This document shows, one piece after another, positions 38,860-50,402 of a stretch of DNA of 64,000 bases. Under the pieces are notes generated by a model. That model was not told the DNA's origin, did not search any database, and was given only the letters and a program-made list of their open reading frames with translations. Within the stretch, counting starts at the first letter, position 1; every line of letters begins with the position of its first letter. Origin of the DNA: Cenococcum geophilum (lineage: Eukaryota); contig CP158636.1 in the NCBI GenBank assembly GCA_050273025.1, positions 1,922,001 through 1,986,000 of the forward strand, written 5' to 3'. The position numbers were made by a program, and so were the translations under genes.

Positions 38860-39020
38860 ATAGGTAGGCATAGATAGGTAGGTATAGACAGACGGATAGA
38901 TAGATAGATAGATAGGTAGGTAGGCAAGCAGGTAGATAGGTAAGTAGGTAGGTAGGTAGGTAGGTAAGTAGGTAGGTAGGTAAGTAGGTAGGTAGGCAAG
39001 TAGGCAGGCAGGTAGGTAAA
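38860..39020. repeat. (GGTA/GATA/GGCA)n microsatellite
   Basis: Directly visible. Confidence 0.95.
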
Positions 39021-39572
39021 TAATTTAGAGCCTCTATAAAAGGCTTCCCCCTTAACGCCTAAAGTAGATAGCTCTATATTTTATATAGTTATAATATAAA
39101 TATATTTAAAAGTATATTATAGAAATCTATAGGAATATATAATAATTTGGTTATTATATAATATAATTATAATTTATATAGTTATAATTCGTATAGTTTT
39201 TACAATTTGTGCAGTTTTTACAATTTATATAGTTTGTGCACTATTTATTTATAAGGTAGCGTTTTACCGCAATTTACTATAAGATATTATAAACTTGTTA
39301 TAAAACGCGTAATTTACTATTAGGGTGCTGCAAACTTATTATAAAACATGCGTTTTACGCAAATTGCTATTAACTATATACATCTACTACGATTATATAG
39401 TTTGCGGCAATGTGCTATAAACCGCAACAACGACCCTAAAAAAAATCCCTAATATAAAAGTATTATTACTAAATATATAGCGAGCTAGCAGCCTTTAATA
39501 AGCTAGTTTATTACCTAGCTAGTAAGGCTTTATAACTGGCGCTAAAGGAGGTTATATATAAGCCTTTCCTAC

Positions 39573-39997
39573 TATAACAGAACCTTATAGTAGGAACTAC
39601 GGTAGGTTCGTTATTAGGCTAGGTATATAGGTAATGCAAGTATAAAAGTTAATAAGTAATAATAACTGGTAGAGTGGTTGCCTAATAGATTAACTCTAAT
39701 TATATTCTAAGAATTACTATAAGGAAGGAACTATCTAGGTAGGGACTAAGGGTCCTTAAATACATAACCGTACTCCTATAAAATCCTTCTTATATATAAT
39801 ATATGTATACTCTATCTACTCTATTACAGATTATATAGATCCTACAGATTATACAGATCACGTCACGTGACCTCGGTTACCATTCCTCGTCACATAGCTC
39901 TATTGGCTCCATCCTAGACCGTGCCTGTATTAACTAACTAGCTTCTTCTAACTCTTCCCTAAGTAGTCGTAACATCGTACTTAAAGCGTCCGTAACA
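39573..39997 (-). mobile_element. Solo LTR of Gypsy family B (425 bp)
   Basis: Reverse complement of 45462-45885; TSD cctac at 39568-39572 and 39998-40002. Confidence 0.95.
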
Positions 39998-40669
39998 CCT
40001 ACTGCTTTAGCTAAGTAGTAGTATATAGTGTTTCTAACGTCTATTAAGGTATTAGGCCGTTAGTTATACCTAGTAAAGAGGGTATCTTTAGGACTAAAAG
40101 TAATAATAAGACGCGCTAAGGATTATACGGTAATAGGCCTATAGTAAGAAATCCGCTTTTAATATTCTAGCTTAAGAAGATAGGTAGCCGTATCTTTAAA
40201 TATACTAATAGAAAGTCCTCTTTATTAATATAATAGATGCCTTAGTAGGCAAAATCCTATACTTTTTATCCGTACGCATGCTTAAGAGGAGAGTAATAGC
40301 TTATATTAAGTAGCTAAAGAAGGTATAAGGTATACGTAGGTATATAAAGCGTAATAATCTTATTCGCTATATAGAATTAATTAAATTTAGGTATTATATA
40401 GCTGCCGTAGCCGTCTAGAATAAGTAGGTAATAGACTCCCTTTATATAAGACTGCGTATACCTATTAAAATACTAAATCTATTTATATCCTAGCTTATCT
40501 ATAGCTTAGCCGTTATCGCTTATAGTAAGTACTTAGTTAGTTAGTAGGCCTTAATACTAGCCTACCTAATAGAGCTTTCCTAATAGGATAATAAAGGGTG
40601 GGATTACCTACCTAGTCGCGTTAACTTCTTTAATTGCTGTTACCTATTTATAATTACCTAGCTAAATAG

Positions 40670-40886
40670 TGTAAGGGGATCTTATAGATAGGAGGCTATA
40701 AGGACACAATTGTAGAATAGAATAGATTAGTAAGAGAGATAAATCCTTAAGGAGGTAAGGCCTCTAGGATTGTAGAGACTATATACTATAGGTATATACC
40801 TCTAGCACATAACCAGCGACTATTTAAGGGGCGTCCGGGAATTGTCCTAAGGGCATTTTAAGATGTCCGCAATAATATCCCTTATA
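40670..40886 (-). repeat. 3' LTR of Gypsy D (217 bp)
   Basis: Short terminal inverted repeats tgtaagggga..atcccttata; adjacent to the PPT and abutting the interrupted Fot1 ORF. Confidence 0.8.
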
Positions 40887-43800
40887 TTACCTCCCCCCTT
40901 TTTACAGTTAGCCCCTAATTGCTATTACCTTATAGTAGGGAGATTATAAGGGCTCGTCTCGAAAGGGGTTTAGAGAGATATTAAAGAGATATTAGTATAC
41001 CGCTATATATTATCTATTTATCTAACCCCTACTTTAAACTCCTAAGGAACCTTAATAAGGAAAAAATATAACCAGAGAAAAGATATAAGGATTACTAGGA
41101 GACCTATTAGAAGCCTATTAGAAGTATATTAGTAACTACCTAGGCTAATATAGGGATTTTTATACAACTTTACTTCTAAGCCTTTATGCTGGTTTGTAAT
41201 TAATTATAAGTATTATAGGCATTTTAGTATTTTAGTATAGTTTTATAGAAACTTTTAGTATAGGATTTAATATATAGAGCCTTACCTTACCGTTGTCTTT
41301 AACTACTAAAATATAGTCTATAATTCTTTCTTATAATTCTCTACGTTACTAATATATTGCTCCCGTATTTGCCCTTAGGCTATTAGATATAGTTAAGGTA
41401 TTAATTAGTTAGTTAAAGAGACTTGTTTTCTTAAGATTTGGTATATATGCTTTTAAATTTAGCGGTCCTATACCGTATATTTAGTATTGCTCTACTACCT
41501 AGTAAATAGGGATATTTTATAATAGTAATTATAGCTATTATACGATTGTTAAGAACGTTTATAACGTTATTCTTTAATACTATAGTATTATTTTAGGTCT
41601 AATTTAACCTATATACGTTTTTAATTTAATATCTTAATTGCCTTCCCCTGGCCGCGTAGTTAGTTTTTATAAGGAAGTAATAGTTAAATAACTTATACGC
41701 GTGTTTCCTTTCTTTTAAATAGCGCTATTATAACGGAGTTATATCGGCAAGGTGGCGGTTATTTACTAAAAGTGTATTAGACGGTAAAGTATAAGGATAC
41801 CTTTGCTTATTAAGCTACTCCTTTTCCTTAATACCTTTTCTATTATTAACCTTCGTCCAATTTTAGACGTATCTTTAATATATTATTAAGATTTTCTTCT
41901 TTTCTATTAATAATTTAATATACCTCTTCGTTCTCCTATTAACTACTTTTTTAAGTAGATTTTATAGCGTATTTTAGCTCTACCTTTATATATAAAACCC
42001 TAACCTCTACTAACTCGCAATTAGTGCTAGTTCTACCTAAATAATTTTGCCTATACGTCTTTAAAAGACTAGAAATCTAATAATAGGATTCTAAAGGCTT
42101 ATAATAAGACGCACTACGTTAGATCTAATACCTTTAGTTCTTATAATTAATGCATACGTACTAAGAGCGATAGTTATATTAAGGTAAGCTTTTTTATTCT
42201 TAATAGATTTCTATTACTAACTTTAAGCTTTAATAGCCTGGGCCTAAGTGGCGACGTTCCTTTAATATCTTTAACTACTATATTGCCCGGGCTCTCTCTT
42301 ATTCTAGTATAAATATTAAATAACTTAGCCGAATTTAAAACTATACTACGGCTATTTATACTGCCTATAATTTCTAGTAAGCTAGCTAGTAACGCCTAAT
42401 ATAAGAGTAAGGTTAGTATACTAAGGATAGGGTAAAGAATAGGGGTAATAAGAAGAAGGTTGCTATCTATTATAAAAAGAAGTTTACGCATACGCGTTAA
42501 GTTTTAAAAGATCATAATATGATATAGTATTAGGTAGGTTACCCTTTAGGTACCTAGCAGATAGGTAACTAATAGTTGCTATAGTAAAGTCTTAGTGGTT
42601 CTGGACTATACTAGCTAGCTAATATCTCTATTTATTTTAGGCTTAAGCGTATCTTTATTAACTATAAGCTTACGCTATAAGAGCCTCGTTGGTATTGGTT
42701 TAGACCTAATATTAGTGTTAAGCGCTTAAGAGTCTTTACCCTAGCTATACCTTATCGTCCTACCTCTGTTTTTATACCTACTTATACGCCTAGTAAGGGA
42801 TCTAGATCCCATTCTTGTTAGCCATTACTTAGTGGCCCGATAGATACTGATCCTACTTCTAATAATAAGGCATAGTAGATTTTTAGATTAGGTATTTATG
42901 GTTTAGACTTTTTAGGATTTATTCTTATATATAGTAGCAATTAAGGACCTTAATTAAATGCTTAAAAAGGCCTTATAAGGCTTTTAGAAAGGGCTTAAAA
43001 GCCTTAGGAATAATGTTCCTAGTATAGATTAATAAATAGGAATGCAATTCTAGTAAAATGCCCTATTAACTCTATACTATATATATAAAAAGGCTAAGGA
43101 CCCGTCTTGCCTTAAGTTATAGCCCTATCCCTATAGTTTCCAGAGCCTATCTATTCTATATCTAATTTAACCTATTTACTCTTTTCGCGAGCTTTCTTTA
43201 TAAGTTGCGATAATATTATAGTATTAGAGCGCTTTCTACGACTTATAGATTGTGGACCTTAGTCCTAATATTCTTTTAAAATATTTTTGTAATAATTAAG
43301 GTAATCCTTTAGTTCTTATATAAAGTCCTTAGCGGGCTAGCCTAGCTATTTAATTTTAAATTAAAGCTTGTTCTTAATAGACTTATAGGATAGTATAGCT
43401 TTAACCTCATACTACTCGCCTACTACCTTAGAGTGTTTAATTGGGCCTAGATAGAAGTTCTTTTTCGGCAGTAGTCTATACTATAGCTCTAATAAGTTTA
43501 CGTAAAACACTAAATATATATAGGCCATAAATAGGGGTAGCTAGAAACGATAGGCTAGCTTACTAATTCGTTCCTTAACTTAAAAGGGACCTAGGTATCT
43601 TATATTAAGCTTTTTTAATAGTTAACGGGTTTTAATATTTATTAAACGTAATAGAACCTTATCGCCTACTCCGAAATGCTTATTCTAGTGCTTACGGTTA
43701 TACTAAAGTCTCTACTACTCTTAGGCATCTTGTAGGCTCTACTTTATATACTTTTATTACTCCTTTTATTCCTAGAGGTATCCTTATACTCTTTAGTATA

Positions 43801-44029
43801 TATTCTTAAACTTCCCGGTAGGATCCTATAACTAATTATACGGCCTTAGCCAGTAATTGTTAGGTATACTATTAAACCTAAATAGTTAAACGCTATAGGT
43901 AATCTGGATTAGTGCATACTTATATAATGCGTATTGCTTTAAATTATAAGCATACTCTATATACGGAAGTAGCTTATACTAGTTATCTTACTAGTAGTTT
44001 AAATATATTTATAAGTAAGACTTTAGTTC

Positions 44030-44216
44030 TGTCACAGTACGTACTAACTGTCAAGATACGAGGTACAAGGTGACTGTATATTATTAACAAACGATGTCGT
44101 GTAAGGATCTATATAGGAGGTAAGGTGGTATATATATACGTCGCTTAGGGGTTAGGTCCGTGCTCATATTATAATAACACTAAATTATAACAACGTATTA
44201 GGTCAGTGCCGTAACA
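44030..44216 (-). mobile_element. Solo LTR of TRIM family C (187 bp) in the Gypsy D integrase
   Basis: tgtcacagtac..gccgtaaca is the reverse complement of the LTRs at 50403-54008; TSD agttc/aattc (one G>A). Confidence 0.92.
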
Positions 44217-47200
44217 AATTCTTAGTTCTAGCGTTTTGTTTGCCTATCTATTTATAGATAAAAAGCTATATTATAATAGTGGTCTATCTTTAAATAAAAG
44301 TATAAATCCGACTAGTACTAGCTTATAAAGACGCTGCCCCTATTAGTAATAATAGAGTGCGGCTAATCTACTTTAAGAAAGCATTTCTCCTTAATTAGGC
44401 TGGTAAGCGCTTATATATTAATTATCTTATTAATAGGAAGGTATTAGACGTATTTTAAAAACCTATTAATAAGTATAAGAACTAAATCGTATATTCGTCC
44501 TTAGCTATCTTTAAATAGTAGAAGATCCGTAATAAAGTCTATAGCGTAATATTGCTATAACTTACTAGCAGGGGAACTAATTTAAGTAGACCCTATGGCT
44601 TGTACCTACGGATCTTATATACTTAACACTTCTTATAATAGCTGATATACTCCTTTGCTTCCTACTTAAGCCTTAGCTAATAGTATTTACGCTAAAGTAA
44701 TTCTACTGTCTTTGCTTAACCATAGTAGCCACTTAGAGGATCATTATAATTCTTTATAAAAATCTTTTATTGTATATTTGCTTCTTATAGCACCTAAACC
44801 TTACTACCTCTATATAGTAGGCCCATTAGGCCTAGTTCCTAATAGTAGCGCCTAGTAGCTTCCTTTCCGTTACGTTTCCGGTCTACTTCTATATTAAAGA
44901 TAGTATAAAAAGCGTCCCTCTATTACACCTTATAGATAAAATCTATTAAACTTTTAGATAGTTTTTAAGTAAAAGCTATTTTGTCTTATACTACTCTAAG
45001 TATAAGACTAGATAGTACTATAGATCTTATAACTCTTTAATACGCGTATATTAAAAAGGCCGCTATAAGGTTAAAGTCCTTTAGTTATTATAGGGCTCTA
45101 AGTTCCAATTACTCTATAGCTTTACTATTAGTTTAAGGGGATAGCTTAGCAATTAAGGATAGTATATTACTAGATTCTAAAAATATATTAGGGACGTACT
45201 ATCTAGGTATATTTAGACCCTTATTAGTAATGGACTAGGTACTAGCTAAAACATTAGTAAAAACTAATAGGGCTTATACCGTCTAAGACTTAGTATATAG
45301 AGCTATAAGTACTTAAGTATTCTATATCTAAAGCTTATTCTATAATATAGGGAGTAAGATATCTATTATCTATTTTCCTTCTCCTATTTTAAAGCCTTTA
45401 GTATAGTCTAGCCGTTGTAACGGTCTGTTAGCAGGGTTATTTCCCCCTAGCTTATATTTAATATTATAGACGCTTTAAGTACAATATTACAACTACTTAG
45501 AGAGGAGTTAGAGGAAGCTAGTTAGTTAATATAAGCACGGTCCAAGATAGAGCTAGTAGAGCTATATAACGAGGAATAGTAACCAAGGTTACGTAATATA
45601 ATCTATATAATCTATAGGATCTATATAATCCGTAACAGAGTAAATAGAGTATACATATATTATATATAAGAAGGATTTTATAGGAGTACGGTTGTGTATT
45701 TAAGGACCCTTAGTCCCTACCTAGATAGTTCCTTCCTTATAGTAATTCTTAGAATATAATTAGAGTTAATCTATTAGGCAACCACTTCACCAGTTATTAT
45801 TACGTTGTTAACTTTAATTTATATTACCTATATACCTAGCCCATTAACAAGCCTATTGTAGTTCTTGCTATAAGGTTCCGTTACACAATTACTACCTAGT
45901 TACAGTATTAAATATAAAAAGTTAAACAATATGCCACTAAAAGCAGCCACTATAACGCCATTAACGGCGGCAACTACATTAAGATTAGGTAACGACACTA
46001 GTATAGCAAACACTAACTTATAGTAACCTATAACGGTTAAACAGTTATAAGAGATAGTTAACTAGCTAACAGAAAATAATATAATATTGGAAAATAGGAT
46101 TAACGGGATGGGAGCAGCGAAGATCAAGTTACTATTAATTAAGAGATTCTTAGGAAAGAGATTAAAGCTTAAGGGATTTCTTACGCAAATACACTTTAAA
46201 GTTACATAAGAAGGGGTAAAGCTACTAATACTTATAGATCGAATAGCCTATGCGGGACTATTCTTATTAGGAAGAGTACTTAAGTGGTTTAAACATTACC
46301 TTACGGAAATATAGGTAAACGGAATAATAACCACTAAGACGTGCGATTTATATTCTTAAACTAGGAAGGGTTTATAGAGCAACTTACGCAAATGTTTAAA
46401 GACCTGGAATTAACAACTATAGCAAAAAGGAAACTCTAAGACATTATATAACGAACCTTAGTAATTAAGTACACTATATAGTTCTAGACGTTAGCGATAT
46501 AAGTTAAGTAGAATAATAGGGCGCTTATAGCATAGTATAAGTAAGGACTTAAGGCTAAAGTCTAGGACGCGATTATCCTAATAAAAGATGCGGATACCCT
46601 AAGGGAACTAATAGATTAAGCGATTAAAATTAATAATTAGATCTACTAAAGGGAACAGGCTAAAAGAGGTTAGGATAAAGTTCTATAGTTATATAAGGCG
46701 TAGAATACGTAACGACTAAAGCTAAGTTAAAAACTATAGTATGGCGCAGAGCTAATAGACCTAAGTAGTACTAAAGAAGCCTATAAGAGATAGAGTAAGA
46801 AACTATAAAAACCTAGAGGTTAAGGATCTAGTAATTATAGGACTAAGAAGCAGAGGCTAAACTAGGGATCTTAGTAGTAAAAGATGTCTAGGCGGACTCT
46901 ATAGCAAAGTTAGTAGTTTAAAGACGGAGCTTATATAAATTGCGGGAAATAAGGTTATTTCGCGAGGGATTATAAAGATAGTTAGAGGTACTATATAATA
47001 AAGGGAACTAGACTAACGGCAGAAGACATATATATATAAAGGGATGATAGTATACTGCAAGGAACTAAAGAGTGTTTAATTAGAAGTTTTGCGTTCTATT
47101 ATAATAACATATACCAAATCCATAAAGACGCTAAGTACGGCGCAAGCTATTAGCTATAAAAGCTAAAACCTATAAAATATAGGGGAACTAATAAACTATC

Positions 47201-50200
47201 GCGTAGATTAGACATTAAGGACGACGAGTTTAACGTAGGCGAAACATTTATAGACAATAAGGAAATAAAGGCAGTTTACTAGGAATATATAAACCTTAGA
47301 GAAGTTATATTAAAAGTAGAGACTAAGACCGCTATAGAGTAAGGTTTAGTAACGGGTATTATAACACCGTTAGATACGGCATCTATCGCTTTATAAGATG
47401 AAAGGAAGAGTGTCTTATAGAGACTAAGTAAGCAAATAACTGCTAGTACTACTTTATTACTTAATAAAGGCAAAAGGCTAAAGGCTTAAGATTCTTAAGA
47501 CGAGATAAGAGATAACTAAGATTCTTAAGATAAGATAAGGTAAGCTTAAGGACCTATAACGGATAAAAACCAATAGAGCAGAGCAGTAGCTTAGTTTAAA
47601 GATATACAAATAAGCTCGGGATAGAGTTTCCCATAGGCATAAAACTCTTAAGACAAAATAAGTGAGATTTAAGACTCTTAAGACAAGATAAGAACACCTA
47701 AGCCTAGTTAGACTAAGGCAGGAGTAAGGCTTAAGAGAGAAGTAAGCTTAGGATTAAGAATCCTATAGAACTAAGACTTTAAGACATAAATAAGGACTAT
47801 TAATAAGATTAGAGAATCTATGGTATAAATAGCAACTAAACTAGGAGATAGATATATGGACCCAGAGGACTTACTAGGGGAACGAAGTATTTAGCCTAAA
47901 GATTAAAGAGCTAATACTAAGATTAAGAAGTAAGATAACTTTAAGGATCTATTTACAAGACGCAAACTAAAGGAAACTATAGAAGAATTTAGGCAAAGAA
48001 TTATCGCATAGCAAAAACAGAAACTAGATAGGAGATCTAGTATATTAGGATGTATAAAGAATAGAGCACTAGTATAAAAGGTCACTAATAGGCCTAGGAT
48101 AGGCATACTAAGAGCTAAGTAGCTTACTAAACTAGAATAAGAAGAGGATCTAAGGATTTTAACTAGATTTAAGGAACGATATATAAAGGGCTATTATAAC
48201 ATAGTAATAAGAAGATACTTCCTTACGGATAAGCCGTATATACTCTAGCAGCTATACTAAAAGTGGTATAGGCAAAGGCATAATAATAAGTGGGAAGATT
48301 TCTATATATAGTTAGACGAAAAAGTTATTTAAGACTACCTAATTATAGAAAAGGCTATAAATCACATTAAAGGAGCCTTAATTATAATATTAAAAGATCT
48401 AGAGGAATAATTAGAGGACTAAAGAAGTAAGAGATGTATCTTAGTACTTATAAATAAAGTCGCGACGTTTAGATTAATATAGCAAAGGTTTAAACTTAAG
48501 AAGGAAGATAAACCAAGAGTTGACCTAAAGTACTTAGTATACTACACATTAACATAAATCGCATGCGTAGATAATGCGTATAATATATATAGAGCACCTA
48601 AAAATAAGAACCGAAAATACCTAATAAGAATGCATTAGTTATTAGATGAGGCGAAGTATAGAAATACTAAGTATATATATAGTTAGCACCTAGTAGAAGT
48701 TCAAGAGTTAGGAGACTTAATACTTTAGCTAGGAAAATTCCTTATAGAAGAATGCCTAGATGGATAACAGTAGTAGGAATACCCAGAAAATATATATCTA
48801 TAGTATATTAAGAATAAAAAGCGAACTAAGTATTAGCTAAAAGTAGACTAAGTATAAATAGGATCTAGCAGCTAATAGTTAGGAAAAGAAGAGGCCCATA
48901 GGACTAAAGGGAGCTAGTAGTAAAGCCTTAGACCCTTAAGGAATTTAAGGACAACACCTAAATTTACAAGTTAAATAGCAAGATTAATAGTTTAAAGTAT
49001 TAATAGATAGTAGAGTAATAAGGAACTATATCTTATTAACAGTAGTTAAAAGAATGGGATTACCGCACAGAAAGAAGGAGCACTTTTACCTATTAATAAC
49101 AATTTTAGGGGATCCGATAGCCTATAGAGAAGGTATTATTAGCCTTAAAATAGGACCTATTTAGTTAACCATTAAAGGAAAATAAATCGAGATGTCTTTT
49201 AATATATTACTATTAGGAAATAATAAAGCAGTATTAGGAATGCCTTAGTTACAGGAATATAATCTAAAGATTAATTAGATTACAGGCTAGGTTAATATTA
49301 AAGATACTTAACGATATAAGATGCAACAATAAGCTAAAATAGTATAGTACTAAGCAGGAGCAACCTATAAAGAAATAGAAAAAGGACTAAGTTACGTACT
49401 AAAGAGATACTATAAGTACGGTAAGAAACTATAGTCACCTAAAAGTAAGAAGCTGTTAGAGTATATAGTATGGGACTATAAAATAGAGTTAGAACTAGGA
49501 ATAAGTCTAAAGTTCTTTCTAATCTATAAGCTTACTAAAGAAAAAGGTAAAGCATTAAAAGAGTTTATCTAAAAAAATCTATAAAAGGGATATATTAGAC
49601 TATTACAGTCATTAGCGGGTTATCTAGTACTATTTATACTAAAGAAAAACGGTAAGTTAAGGTTGTGTATTAACTATAGATAGTTAAACAGCATTACCAA
49701 AAAAGATAGGTATTCTTTACCTTTAATTAGTAAAATCTAAGACAGAATAGGTAATGCGCAAATATTTATAAAGATAGATCTAAGATAGGCGTACTATTAG
49801 ATCAAAATCAAGGAAGGTAACAAATAGAAGGCAGCCTTTAGGTTAAAAAAAGGATTATATAAACTATTAGTTGTATAATTTAGGCTTATAAATATACTAG
49901 CAATATTTTAAAAGCGTATTAACAATATATTAGGAGAATACTTAGATAAATTTATTATAGTATACCTTAATAATATTATTATCTACTTAATAAGTAAGGA
50001 AGAATATAGGGAACACGTTAAATAGGTTTTAAAGAGACTATAAGAGAAACAGATGCTAGTAGCAATTAAGAAATACAAGTTCTTTACTAGAAAAACCAAT
50101 TTTATTAAATTTATTATTAAACTAGGCCAACTTAGTATAGATCTAAAAAAGATTAAGGCTATAGTAAATTAGTAAGAACTAGAGAACGTTACGCAGTTAA

Positions 50201-50402
50201 GGTCATTTTTAGGGTTTTATAATTACTGCAGAAGGTTTATAGTGTAATAATTAAAGGACATTAAACCGCTTACACAATTAACAAAAAAAGAAGAACTATA
50301 GGTATAGGGAAAGAAATAGTAAGAATTATTTAATAAAATTAAGGAATTATTTACCTAGGAGCCAGTTCTTAAGATCTATTAACTAGGACTAAAGACGGTT
50401 AT

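Larger units (their letters stand above)
37912..39454. mobile_element. Composite non-coding TIR element inserted at a TA in the Fot1 ORF
   Basis: Ends tattaggtttttttttagcacgttattgc / gcaacaacgaccctaaaaaaaaatccctaata, TA duplicated (37910-11, 39455-56). Removing it restores the transposase frame (..IL.KEN..). Contains a 263-bp foldback (37912-38174) and several satellites. Confidence 0.8.
37539..40669 (-). mobile_element. 3' half of a Fot1/pogo DNA transposon (DDE_1 transposase), split by two insertions; 5' half presumably displaced beyond Gypsy D
   Basis: De-RIPed QPGN(R)(E)(W)VTAI..VNA.(G)(W)VIPPFII (~40580-40665); SDNG(W); LLILDG(H)GS(H); (H)T(S)(H)LL(Q)(P)L(D)(V); NIKSGF..(T)GL.PYNP; LIKGC(Q)LA(M)(H)(S) (~39470-39510) joining in frame to KEN.EL.AAN (~37880-37910); RA(P)(P)M(C)(S)NCHI(Q)G(H)NRL(Q)C (~37670-37735). 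TIR acgtgttccaccactccccgg at 37539. Confidence 0.92.
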
